DNA from: an uncultured Lentisphaeria bacterium
GTDB taxonomy: Bacteria; Fidelibacterota; UBA8477; JABMPR01
NCBI GenBank assembly: GCA_964578155.1
Contig: CAZOBQ010000001.1
Coordinates: 66,670 to 130,669, forward strand
DNA length: 64,000 nucleotides
Reading direction: 5' to 3'
In this document: positions 27,042 through 35,974 of the stretch, piece after piece
Layout: every line of letters starts with the position of its first letter
Numbering within the stretch: position 1 is the stretch's first letter
Translations under genes and position numbers: made by a program
Notes under the pieces: model-generated
Seen by the model: the letters and a program-made list of their open reading frames with translations, nothing else
What the model was told of the DNA's origin: nothing
Databases searched by the model: none

Positions 27042-29057
27042 TTAATACCCCAACAGTCTTTCGGCTGCTTGACGAATATCTTCAGTCTGGGGTAATACCT
27101 CATCTTCCAGATCCCAGTTAAAGGGAACAGGACTGTCTTTTGCGGCAACCCTCAACACGGGACCGTCCAGCAGTTCAAAAAATTCTTCTGCAATAATGGC
27201 GGCAATTTCTGCACCTGGACCGGCTGTCAACGTGTCTTCATAGGCTACAATGACTTTGTTAGTCTTTTGAAGAGAATTTCCTATTGTTGCTTTATCCAAC
27301 GGAGCCAGGGTTCGAAGATCAATTACCTCGATGGAGGCGCCGTGAGTTTTCTCTAAGGTTTTAGCTGCCTCAACAGCTTTATGCACCATCATACCATAGG
27401 TGACAATGGTCAGGTCATGGCCTTCTCTGGCAATGGCGGCCTGACCAAAGGGAAGCAAATAATCCTCATCTGGTTCAGGTCGTTTTGCAAAACCCTGACG
27501 ATACATTCCCTTGTGCTCTAAAAAGAGAACCGGGTCATCAATACGGCAAGCGTATTTCAGTAAACCTTTCGCATCGGCTGCATTTGAGGGATAGGCGATA
27601 TGAATCCCCGGTAAATGCATAAAAAAGCCTTCTATGCTCTGGCTGTGACACAAACCTCCGTGAATATAGCCACCCACAGGAACTCGCATGACCACCGGTG
27701 CCGTAAACGCATTGTTACTACGATAACGCATGGTTGCTACTTCGTTGCGGATCTGCATCATGGCAGTCCAGATATAATCTCCAAACTGGATCTCAACCAC
27801 GGGCTTTAAACCTGCAACCGCAGCTCCTACAGCTGTCCCAACAATGGAGGCCTCAGCCAGAGGTGAACTAAAGACGCGATCTGGACCATAAACCGTCGAT
27901 AATTGTTTGGTTGCGGTAAAAACGCCACCCTTGCCATCAGCTACATCCTGGCCATAAATGATCATCTTGTCATTGCGGGCCATTTCCTCATGAAGAGCAT
28001 GGTTAATAGCATCAACAATAACAATATCATCACCTCTTGTTTTAGGCTCTGGTGATTCTATCTGCAATACCGTTTCATTGACCACATGAGTTATGGCTTC
28101 AGATTTATCAGGAAAAGGTGCTTTTTGAGTTTTGTCTGCCACATCATCCACGGCCTGAACCACATCATCCCAAATTTGTCTAAACTCGTCAGCTGTGATA
28201 ACTCCGTCATCCTCACATAGCTTTTTGAATTTTTCCAAAGGATCTCTTTTTTGGTCTTCAGCCAGATCTTCTGCTTCTCGGTACTTACGATGATCATCTG
28301 ATGAGGAGTGTGGCAATAAGCGAACAACATTGGAAACAACAATGGCAGGTCCATCGCCTCTTCGTACACTTGAGATCGCTTTTCTAAATGTTTTCTGGGC
28401 GGTAAAGATGTCCGTACCATCAGTTTCAAGGCGATTCAAATTATGGTAACCGCCCACCATGTCAAAAACAGAACCTTCCGCCATTTGTGAGGCTTTGGGA
28501 AGGGAGATGGCAAACCCGTTGTCCTCTATATGGAAAAGCACGGGGAGTTTATCCCGGCTGGCCCAGTTTAAGGCTTCATGAAATTCACCCTGACTGGTAG
28601 TTCCTTCTCCTGAAGAGACATAAACAATGGCGCCTTCTCCGGCTACTTTGGCCGCCATGGCTGTACCAACTGCTTGAAGGTATTGCGTTCCGGTAGGGCT
28701 GGATTGGGAAACGATATTTAAGGCTTTGCTCCCATAATGTTGAGGCATTTGACGACCGCCAGAGCTTGGATCATCGCGTTTTGCCAGAAATCCAAGAAAG
28801 ATCTCATCAACAGTGGCTCCAAGACCAAGCATGAGTGCTTGATCGCGATAATATGGGTAAGCCCAATCAAAGCCAGGTTTCATATTGAGAGCACAGGCAA
28901 GTTGTGCTCCTTCATGGCCTGCAGCACCTATATGGAAAAATGATTTTCCCTGCCTGAGCAAGGTCAACATTTTTTCATCCATACGCCGAGAAGTAGCCAT
29001 CAACCTAAAAATACTTAGTAGGTGTTCTCTTTTATAGCCTTTAAACGTGTCTGACAC
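27042..29057 (-). CDS. 2-oxoacid dehydrogenase E1 component, fused alpha+beta subunits
   Basis: 671 aa. The N-half carries a TPP-binding alpha-subunit pattern (GEGTTSQGEFHEALN), and the C-half is a transketolase-like beta subunit (IIYGQDVADGKGGVF...PLAEASIVG). Confidence 0.9.
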   Translation of the reverse strand: MSDTFKGYKREHLLSIFRLMATSRRMDEKMLTLLRQGKSFFHIGAAGHEGAQLACALNMKPGFDWAYPYYRDQALMLGLGATVDEIFLGFLAKRDDPSSGGRQMPQHYGSKALNIVSQSSPTGTQYLQAVGTAMAAKVAGEGAIVYVSSGEGTTSQGEFHEALNWASRDKLPVLFHIEDNGFAISLPKASQMAEGSVFDMVGGYHNLNRLETDGTDIFTAQKTFRKAISSVRRGDGPAIVVSNVVRLLPHSSSDDHRKYREAEDLAEDQKRDPLEKFKKLCEDDGVITADEFRQIWDDVVQAVDDVADKTQKAPFPDKSEAITHVVNETVLQIESPEPKTRGDDIVIVDAINHALHEEMARNDKMIIYGQDVADGKGGVFTATKQLSTVYGPDRVFSSPLAEASIVGTAVGAAVAGLKPVVEIQFGDYIWTAMMQIRNEVATMRYRSNNAFTAPVVMRVPVGGYIHGGLCHSQSIEGFFMHLPGIHIAYPSNAADAKGLLKYACRIDDPVLFLEHKGMYRQGFAKRPEPDEDYLLPFGQAAIAREGHDLTIVTYGMMVHKAVEAAKTLEKTHGASIEVIDLRTLAPLDKATIGNSLQKTNKVIVAYEDTLTAGPGAEIAAIIAEEFFELLDGPVLRVAAKDSPVPFNWDLEDEVLPQTEDIRQAAERLLGY

Positions 29058-29069
29058 TCAACATCTCCA

Positions 29070-29705
29070 TTAACCGTCAATAATATTTTCAAAATTAAAC
29101 GTGGTTTGGAAAGCCTCTATTAATAGAGGAGTCACCTCTTCAATGCTGATCTCTCGGTGGAGTAGCTCTTTTAAACTTGTTACCCCTTTGCCCTCGATGC
29201 CACAAGGTATCATCCCGTTGAAATATGACATGTCCGGTCTCACATTCAAGGCAAAACCATGCATAGTCACCCAACGCGACAAACGAACACCCATTGCGGC
29301 AACTTTCTGATTCCCCACCCAAACACCTGTTAATCCAGAGATGCGGTCGCTCTCTATGCCAAAAGCCGCTATAGTTTGAATAATGACCTCTTCCAAATTG
29401 CGCATATACCAGGACACACTTTTTTTATGATCCTCTAGATTGATAATGGGATATCCCACGATTTGTCCCGGGCCGTGCCAGGTTATATCTCCGCCCCGGT
29501 CACTCTGAATTACGTCTGCATCGCGGGCATCTATCAAATTCTTATCGCCGGCATTTTTACCCAGGGTATAGACGGGTGGATGCTCCAGCAGAACTAGTGT
29601 ATCCGGAATACTCCCGGCAAGACGCTTAGCGTGTAACTCTCTCTGAAAAGCCCAGGCTTCTTCGTATGGAATCTGACCCTTTTTAATAATTTGGAGTTTG
29701 GACAT
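29070..29705 (-). CDS. lipB: Octanoyltransferase
   Basis: LLEHPPVYTLG and RGGDITWHGPGQIVGYPI, with catalytic region IPCGI. Confidence 0.9.
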   Translation of the reverse strand: MSKLQIIKKGQIPYEEAWAFQRELHAKRLAGSIPDTLVLLEHPPVYTLGKNAGDKNLIDARDADVIQSDRGGDITWHGPGQIVGYPIINLEDHKKSVSWYMRNLEEVIIQTIAAFGIESDRISGLTGVWVGNQKVAAMGVRLSRWVTMHGFALNVRPDMSYFNGMIPCGIEGKGVTSLKELLHREISIEEVTPLLIEAFQTTFNFENIIDG

Positions 29706-29711
29706 ATTAGG

Positions 29712-30176
29712 CTAAAACAAGATTTCCAGCTTTAAACAAATGGCCTCTAACAAATCTATATCATCCTGAGTAAATGGAGAAAGAGCATGGGAGTCAATAT
29801 CAAGCTCGGCAATCATTTTGCCTGCTTTCATCACAGGAAAGACAACCTCTGATTGAACATTTGAGCCACAGGAGAGGTAGTTCTCCTCAAGGGCAACATT
29901 TTGAATGATCATGCGCGTTTCCGAAGTTGCCACTTGTCCACAAACTCCAGCACCAAAGGCTATTTTTGTATGCTCGGTAGAGGCACCAACATGGGAGCCC
30001 AAAACAAGCTGATCACCCGGCTCCACAAGGTAGAAACCAACCCAATCATAGTGGGAGACTCCGCTTTCAAGTATCTCACAAACTCGAAGGAGTGTTGAAT
30101 TCAGGGATTTGGGCTGAGAAATGGCCGTCTCAATGTCTTTAAGGATGTTTTGCGTGTTAGGGAATGGCTTATTCAT
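29712..30176 (-). CDS. GAF domain protein, free-methionine-(R)-sulfoxide reductase (YebR/MsrC)-like
   Basis: YDWVGFYLV, GAGVCGQVA and SEVVFPV...AELDIDS resemble fRMsr-type GAF proteins. Confidence 0.7.
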   Translation of the reverse strand: MNKPFPNTQNILKDIETAISQPKSLNSTLLRVCEILESGVSHYDWVGFYLVEPGDQLVLGSHVGASTEHTKIAFGAGVCGQVATSETRMIIQNVALEENYLSCGSNVQSEVVFPVMKAGKMIAELDIDSHALSPFTQDDIDLLEAICLKLEILF

Positions 30177-30288
30177 AGGTTGTTTAAGATGCTCTATTAT
30201 GTCTATATATGGAGATTACATTTTTACTATTTACAATATAGTGTGCATGTTCCCAAGTAACCGGGAACACCAGCTATTCTTTTTCCCG

Positions 30289-31677
30289 TCAAAGATGAAT
30301 CCCTCGGTCCAGAGCCAGGCCAGACGCTTCCATGATCATTTCTGATAGGGTTGGGTGAGCGTGGATTGTCTCCAAAACAGCTTCGTGGGTTACTTCAAGG
30401 GAGCGAGCGATTCCAATTTCGCCAATTAACTCCGTGGCCTCAGCGCCAATAATATGAGCACCTAACAATTGACCATATTTAGCATCATATATCAACTTGG
30501 TGAACCCATCTGTTTCACCGGACGCCATGGCTTTACCTGAACCACGGTATGGGAACTTACCAATTTTTAGCTCGTGACCTGCTTTCCTGGCAGCCTTCTC
30601 AGTTAAACCTATAGAAGCAACCTGTGGCGTGCAATAGGTACAGCCCGGTACATTATCATAATGCATGGGTTTCACGTTTAATCCAGCCAGATGCTCCACG
30701 GCAGTGATACCTTCATGTGAGGCTACGTGGGCCAACCAAGGCGGACCGGAAACATCCCCAATGGCATAAATTCCTGAAGCGCTGGTTTGCATATAATGAT
30801 TTGTCTTTATCCAGCCTTTTTCAAGCTCGACGTTTGCTTCTTCAAGACCAAGCTCTTCCACATTTCCCTGGACGCCAATAGCAATCAGCACTTTGTCTGC
30901 CTGTAATTTCTGGATTTGTCCAGCCTGATCCTTCAAAGTCACAACTGCTTGACCCTCAGTTATGCTTATGTTTTCTACAAGGGTCTCTGTGAGAGCTTTG
31001 ATCTTTTTTCTTTTGAATAGTTTTGCCAGCTCGACTGAAACCTCTTCATCTTCAACAGGAAGTAGATGGGGTAGCATTTCAACAATGGTTACCTGGGAAC
31101 CCATGGCTGCATAAAAATCAGCAAACTCAACACCAATCGCCCCTGCACCAACAATGATCAGTTTCTCTGGGATAGATTCTAGGTTCATGGCCTCTTTTGA
31201 GGAGATAATAATTTCCTTATCAAATGGAACCTTTGGTAAGGGCCTGGGGCGTGCGCCTGTAGCCAAAATAATATTGTCTGCACTGATCTGAGTTTTGTTA
31301 TCAATTAGAATTTGTTGATCACCCAATAATTTGGCTGAACCTTCAATAACTTCAACGGCATTTTTCTTCATGAGAAAGGCGACCCCTTTGGACAAAGCGT
31401 CGGCGACCTGTCGAGAGCGAGAGATAACAGCTGGAAAATCCACTTCGACGTCACTAACACCTATTCCGTATTTCTTTGCTTTCTGAGCAGACCGTAAGAC
31501 CTCAGCGCTTTTCAGGAGAGCTTTCGTTGGAATACAGCCCCAATTCAAACAGATTCCACCCAATGCTGCTCGCTCCACAAGGGTAACTTTCTTACCCAGT
31601 TGAGCTGCTCTGATTGCTGCCACATAACCACCTGGTCCTCCACCAATGATGACGACTTCATAGTGTGCTGTGCCCAT
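30289..31677 (-). CDS. lpd: Dihydrolipoyl dehydrogenase (E3)
   Basis: FAD motif VVIIGGGPGGY and redox disulfide GGICLNWGCIPTK, with a C-terminal HAHPTLSE. I prefer the start at MGTAHYEV (31677). Confidence 0.93.
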   Translation of the reverse strand: MGTAHYEVVIIGGGPGGYVAAIRAAQLGKKVTLVERAALGGICLNWGCIPTKALLKSAEVLRSAQKAKKYGIGVSDVEVDFPAVISRSRQVADALSKGVAFLMKKNAVEVIEGSAKLLGDQQILIDNKTQISADNIILATGARPRPLPKVPFDKEIIISSKEAMNLESIPEKLIIVGAGAIGVEFADFYAAMGSQVTIVEMLPHLLPVEDEEVSVELAKLFKRKKIKALTETLVENISITEGQAVVTLKDQAGQIQKLQADKVLIAIGVQGNVEELGLEEANVELEKGWIKTNHYMQTSASGIYAIGDVSGPPWLAHVASHEGITAVEHLAGLNVKPMHYDNVPGCTYCTPQVASIGLTEKAARKAGHELKIGKFPYRGSGKAMASGETDGFTKLIYDAKYGQLLGAHIIGAEATELIGEIGIARSLEVTHEAVLETIHAHPTLSEMIMEASGLALDRGIHL

Positions 31678-31690
31678 ACAAATTTCCTTT

Positions 31691-32443
31691 TTATAATACC
31701 AGGCGGGGATTTGAATCCCCGCCTGGATTTTCATTTAAAAATGAACGTAATTCTTCGAGTTTCTCAATGGTCCCGATGTCAATCCAATAGGCACCCTTCA
31801 TGGAAAAAGCTTCAATGCGTTTGCCTTTTTGAGCTGCTTGTAGATAGACTGGAATCGTTGAAAATTTTTGCTCAAAACCGCCCATGTGGCCGAATATCTC
31901 AGAGGATATGATTTGAACAGAATTAAAGGCTTGAAGATGATAATCTACATGACCCCATGATATCTCTTCACCTGTTGTCTGGTTTTCCCAACCACACAAC
32001 AAGTCTTGTTCATTGAATCTGAAATAGCGAGACGTTTTTCTGTCTGACACTGCCAAAGTTGCCAGGTTCTTGTTTCTTTTATGGATCTCAATCATAACGT
32101 TTAAATCAAAATCAGTAAAGACGTCGGAATTACACACCACAAAAGTCTCTTCGTTTATAAAGTGCTCTTTTGCTTTCATTAGGCCGCCGCCAGTCTCCAG
32201 GAGCTCTTCTTCTAAAGAGATGTGAACCTCAACCCCAAAATCCCGCTGCGCAATAAAATCAACAACCTGATTTGCCAAATGGTGAACATTGACAATTATG
32301 GTGTTAACACCCGCCTTTTTCAGATAAAGGATATTGTGTTCAAGAAGGGTTTTCGAGCCTGCCTTAACAAGGCATTTTGGTAATGTGTTGGTCAGGGGCT
32401 GTAAACGAGTTCCTTTTCCTGCCGCGAAGAGCATGGCTTTCAT
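31691..32443 (-). CDS. Sugar-1-phosphate nucleotidyltransferase, MurU-like
   Basis: MKAMLFAAGKGTRLQPLTNTLPKCLV N-terminal NTP-transferase motif, adjacent to an AmgK-like kinase. The ORF-track 5' extension (to 32494) runs into a REP-like repeat, so I prefer the start at 32443. Confidence 0.7.
   Translation of the reverse strand: MKAMLFAAGKGTRLQPLTNTLPKCLVKAGSKTLLEHNILYLKKAGVNTIIVNVHHLANQVVDFIAQRDFGVEVHISLEEELLETGGGLMKAKEHFINEETFVVCNSDVFTDFDLNVMIEIHKRNKNLATLAVSDRKTSRYFRFNEQDLLCGWENQTTGEEISWGHVDYHLQAFNSVQIISSEIFGHMGGFEQKFSTIPVYLQAAQKGKRIEAFSMKGAYWIDIGTIEKLEELRSFLNENPGGDSNPRLVL
31699..31726. other. Perfect 11-bp GC-rich inverted repeat (ccaggcgggga-tttgaa-tccccgcctgg)
   Basis: Read directly from the sequence. 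It overlaps the last codons of the murU-like ORF and lies 22 nt upstream of the lpd ATG. Flanks are A/T-rich on both sides. Confidence 0.6.
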
Positions 32444-32488
32444 ATTGAAACCACTAGGATATGTCTTTTCTATACAACTGTAAGTCTC

Positions 32489-32516
32489 CGTCATCCTGAG
32501 CTACGTCGAAGGATAG
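32489..32516 (+). repeat. REP-like unit, short form
   Basis: cgtcatcctgagctacgtcgaaggatag. Confidence 0.7.
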
Positions 32517-32536
32517 ACACACAATAATACATTGGA

Positions 32537-32587
32537 GATGCTTCGACCTTTCGGCTTCGCTCAAGACAGGCTTGCTCAGCATGACAC
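32537..32587 (-). repeat. REP-like unit, long form, reverse orientation
   Basis: The reverse complement gtcatgctgagcaagcctgtcttgagcgaagccgaaaggtcgaagcatc matches the long copy at 2765..2816 at roughly 85% of positions by eye. Confidence 0.7.
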
Positions 32588-32625
32588 AAACCTATTATTT
32601 ACAGACATAACCGACATCCCGTTCA

Positions 32626-34047
32626 TTATTTATCAACAAGTTCTCTGTGATGTAACACGACATCAACATCATGAGTTTCTCTCAGGTGGGCAGCCAGTCG
32701 GTTGGCAGAATGTACTGATCTATGTTGTCCTCCAGTACAGCCAAAACTTATCATGAGATCCGTGAAATTCTGTTCTTCATAACTATTAACAGCCGCATCA
32801 ACCATGCTGAACATCCTTTTAAGCCACCTATCCATGTCTGGCTTGTCTGCAAACCAATCAATCACTTCCTGGTCATTCGCAGAGAGTTGTTTGTAGGCAA
32901 TCTCTCTTCCCGGGTTAGGCAAAAACCGACAATCGAAGACAAAGCCCCCACCATGACCACGTTCATCAACAGGAACGCCGCGTTTATATGAAAAACTAGT
33001 AATCCGAATTTTGAGCTGCAAATTGGCCTTCCCGAACTCACGCAAGGCGGAGGATTGAATAAGTTGAGTGAAAACATCCATCATTACGGGGATTTCAATA
33101 GGTAGATCAACTTTTCTAACCAGATATTCAAGATTTTGAATCGCATAGGGAATGCTCTGCAAGAAGTGGGTCTTGCGCTCATAGAATCCACGATATCCAT
33201 AAGCGCCCATAGCTTGCATAATGCGGATAAGGACAAAAGCGTAATAATGTTTTGTAAAGACCTCTTTATCAATGGGAACAAGTTTTCCAACCGCGTCAAG
33301 ATATTTATTTAACAAATGTTCTCTTACTTCGAAAGGCAGGTCTGCCTTCGCATCAAAAAGAAGGGATGCTATATCGTACTGCAGGGCTCCTTGACGACCG
33401 CCTTGATAGTCAATAAACCAGGGTTCTCCATCTTTTAGCATGATGTTCCGAGATTGAAAATCACGATATAGAAAATGTTGACCATCAGCCTCTAAAAGAA
33501 AGGCCGTGAAGGTCTGAAAATCTGCTTCCAGCTTTTGCTCATTAAATCGAACATGAGCCAATTTCAAAAAGTAGTATTTGAAGTAATTCAAATCCCACAT
33601 CATGGATTGACGATCAAAACTATGGTGGGGATATGACTTTGAATAGTCCAGTCCCTGACCGCCCTTGATCTGAAATTCCGGTAAACGCTCCACCACCTTT
33701 TCGTAGGCTTTAAGCAATTCATCCGGGAATTCTTTTTTCCCTTTACGAACTCGCAACAAATAGTCAAACAGGGTTTCGTTTCCCAGGTCCTGCTGTAGAT
33801 AGATATTATCATCCAGTTTTTCCGCGAAGATCTCTGGAACAGCTAAGCCTTTGCTTTTGAAATGTTTTGAAAAGGAGATAAAGGCTTCGTTCTCAAGGCG
33901 GTCTTGGTTCTTGGAGCCAATAATTGATCTGTTTGAGTTCGTGATCCTAAAATACTCACGGTTTGATCCGTGGGCTGCCAGAGGTGTAAGGTCTGTTACC
34001 TCTTCTTTAAAATGATCTTTAAATAGCTTTTTTAGCTTCTCGGGCAT
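32626..34047 (-). CDS. AmgK-like anomeric MurNAc/GlcNAc kinase (APH fold) fused to a RapZ C-terminal domain
   Basis: N-terminal part: GSNREYFRI, YRDFQSRNIML, WFIDYQGGRQGALQYDIASLLFDAK (APH/AmgK catalytic pattern). C-terminal ~140 aa: SFSYKRGVPVD...FVFDCRFLPNP...SFGCTGGQHRSV, which is the RapZ/YvcJ C-domain signature. Confidence 0.7.
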   Translation of the reverse strand: MPEKLKKLFKDHFKEEVTDLTPLAAHGSNREYFRITNSNRSIIGSKNQDRLENEAFISFSKHFKSKGLAVPEIFAEKLDDNIYLQQDLGNETLFDYLLRVRKGKKEFPDELLKAYEKVVERLPEFQIKGGQGLDYSKSYPHHSFDRQSMMWDLNYFKYYFLKLAHVRFNEQKLEADFQTFTAFLLEADGQHFLYRDFQSRNIMLKDGEPWFIDYQGGRQGALQYDIASLLFDAKADLPFEVREHLLNKYLDAVGKLVPIDKEVFTKHYYAFVLIRIMQAMGAYGYRGFYERKTHFLQSIPYAIQNLEYLVRKVDLPIEIPVMMDVFTQLIQSSALREFGKANLQLKIRITSFSYKRGVPVDERGHGGGFVFDCRFLPNPGREIAYKQLSANDQEVIDWFADKPDMDRWLKRMFSMVDAAVNSYEEQNFTDLMISFGCTGGQHRSVHSANRLAAHLRETHDVDVVLHHRELVDK

Positions 34048-34112
34048 TATCGCTCTCTTCTATTGGTTAGTATGGTTCTTATAGTCTTGCACCTGCTTGA
34101 ATGTTCGCAGGA

Positions 34113-34682
34113 TTATAAATTTCTTAAACTAATAATACTCAAGAATTCCGCTCTGGTTTCTGCTTCATCATGAAATTCACCTAGCATGGCAGAGGTTGTA
34201 GCAAAGGAGTTTTGTTTTTCCACACCACGCATTTGCATGCATAGGTGACGTCCCTCTAAAACCACTGCAACACCAGCTGGGTCCAGTAGATCATTCAAGG
34301 CCTGGGCCACCTGATGGGTGATTCTCTCCTGTATCTGTAAACGTCTTGAATACATTTCAAGAATACGTGGGATTTTTGAAAGCCCAATCACTTTTCCTCT
34401 GGGAATATAGGCAACATGTGCTTTCCCAAAAAAGGGCAGCATGTGGTGTTCACACATGCTGAAGAATTCAATGTCACGCACTACCACCATTTCTGAGCAT
34501 TCATCCTCAAAAATAGCATCGTTGAGGACCTCCTCCAGGCTTTGATCATATCCTTTAGATATAAACTTCCACGCCTTCGCAACACGGTGAGGGGTTCGAA
34601 GAAGTCCCTCTCGGTTAGGGTTTTCACCAATCTCAGTTAAAAGTTGATGGGTGATTTTTTCAATTTTATTTAAATCTTTCAT
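34113..34682 (-). CDS. folE: GTP cyclohydrolase I
   Basis: [37 protein letters not shown] and RLQIQERIT. Confidence 0.93.
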   Translation of the reverse strand: MKDLNKIEKITHQLLTEIGENPNREGLLRTPHRVAKAWKFISKGYDQSLEEVLNDAIFEDECSEMVVVRDIEFFSMCEHHMLPFFGKAHVAYIPRGKVIGLSKIPRILEMYSRRLQIQERITHQVAQALNDLLDPAGVAVVLEGRHLCMQMRGVEKQNSFATTSAMLGEFHDEAETRAEFLSIISLRNL

Positions 34683-35485
34683 TATTTCTCCTGTGAGGTG
34701 GTCAATTTATCTCCATCATGGTCCGCCATGGGGTCGACCTGTAGATAGCGTGAAAGATAATGCACACTCAGGTAAAAAGGACCAGTATCAATTAAAGCGG
34801 CCATTAATTTAAAGGTGTAGCCGGACACAATAAAAATGAGCAGCTGGTTAAAAATAGGTTTGGTAACATCAACCGGTAAAGCATGTGCATAGTAATGTGT
34901 CACCATGATAACAGCCACAGTGTCAACCAATTGGCTCACAATAGTTGATCCATTGTTACGTAACCATAAATGCTTACCTTTGGTAAGATTCTTCCAAAAG
35001 TGAAACATATAGACATCTACAAACTGCGCTGCCAGATAAGCAATCATGGAAGCTGTTACCGCCCCAAAGGTCAAGGCCCTGACCTCGTAGAATATAGGTA
35101 ATCGCCCTGCTGCATCTCGGGCAATGTCACCTGCAGGGGTCAACGCTTCGAATCCTGGCATAACACCTCCGAGCCACATAATAAAGATGACCCACAGGTT
35201 GAGTATCAAGCCAACAAAGACTACAAAGTTAGCTCGTTTCCGTCCGTAGAGCTCACTAATCAAATCTGTTGCTAAAAATGTTAGCGGATAAGGAAGAACG
35301 CCTACAGCGACGGCAAAAACAATGTCTCCCGTTCCGTCAAAATTTAAAGTGAACAACTTTATAAATCGGCTAATGCCCAAGATGTTGAGCATGGCCAGGG
35401 TTCCCAGAAAGATACCAGCCAGCAGAAGAAAGACTCTTTCTCTGCGTTGAACTATTTCTGGAGATGGATTATTGTTCGTTGTCAC
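34682..35485 (-). CDS. yhhQ: Queuosine-precursor transporter (YhhQ/DUF165, VUT family)
   Basis: Polytopic protein with [17 protein letters not shown] and DT.AV motifs. It sits between folE and queD. Confidence 0.75.
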   Translation of the reverse strand: MTTNNNPSPEIVQRRERVFLLLAGIFLGTLAMLNILGISRFIKLFTLNFDGTGDIVFAVAVGVLPYPLTFLATDLISELYGRKRANFVVFVGLILNLWVIFIMWLGGVMPGFEALTPAGDIARDAAGRLPIFYEVRALTFGAVTASMIAYLAAQFVDVYMFHFWKNLTKGKHLWLRNNGSTIVSQLVDTVAVIMVTHYYAHALPVDVTKPIFNQLLIFIVSGYTFKLMAALIDTGPFYLSVHYLSRYLQVDPMADHDGDKLTTSQEK

Positions 35486-35890
35486 TTATTGTGGTCCATA
35501 ATAATCAGTATAAATACTCGGTGTCTCTTGTAATCGAATTCTATAAAGCTTGGCTCCTTGAAGATCTTTCTCAATTTCATTCCAGATCCAAACGACCATA
35601 TTTTCGGTTGAGGGTTGCCTCCCTTTAAACCAGGGAATATCGATATCTATTTGAGAGTGATCCACCTTCTGGATAACATTCCTTTTTACTATGTCTTTTA
35701 CGTGCCCCAGATCTGCTAAGAACCCGGTCGCTGGATTCACCTCTCCAGTTAATGATACTGTCAGCTCATAATTATGACCATGTAGACGCAGATCCTCTCC
35801 GAAAACGGCTTCATTTTCAGCTTCACTCAAAGCGGGATTGCCATAACGATGTGCAGCACAAAAATGAAATTTTTTATTCAAAACGATCAT
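35486..35890 (-). CDS. queD: 6-carboxy-5,6,7,8-tetrahydropterin synthase
   Basis: FHFCAAHRY and LHGHNYEL zinc/catalytic motifs. Confidence 0.9.
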   Translation of the reverse strand: MIVLNKKFHFCAAHRYGNPALSEAENEAVFGEDLRLHGHNYELTVSLTGEVNPATGFLADLGHVKDIVKRNVIQKVDHSQIDIDIPWFKGRQPSTENMVVWIWNEIEKDLQGAKLYRIRLQETPSIYTDYYGPQ

Positions 35891-35974
35891 GTGATTTCCT
35901 TACTTGTTTGCCCTGAATTTATTGTGGTGTGATGCAATGTCAAATACAGACCATGCTACCTTGAGCTTTAGGCT

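Noticed and set aside
31699-31726. tRNA gene or tRNA 3'-end fragment (possible integration att site), suggested by ggattcaaatcc-like loop sequence.
   Set aside because: It is a perfect 11-bp hairpin with a 6-nt loop and has no D-arm or anticodon arm around it. No integrase or direct repeat partner was seen. I treat it as a plain hairpin.
35891-35974. preQ1 riboswitch upstream of queD.
   Set aside because: I could not find the short P1 hairpin followed by the A-rich tail and pseudoknot-forming CUAAGG-type sequence. This is by eye only and needs an Infernal scan.
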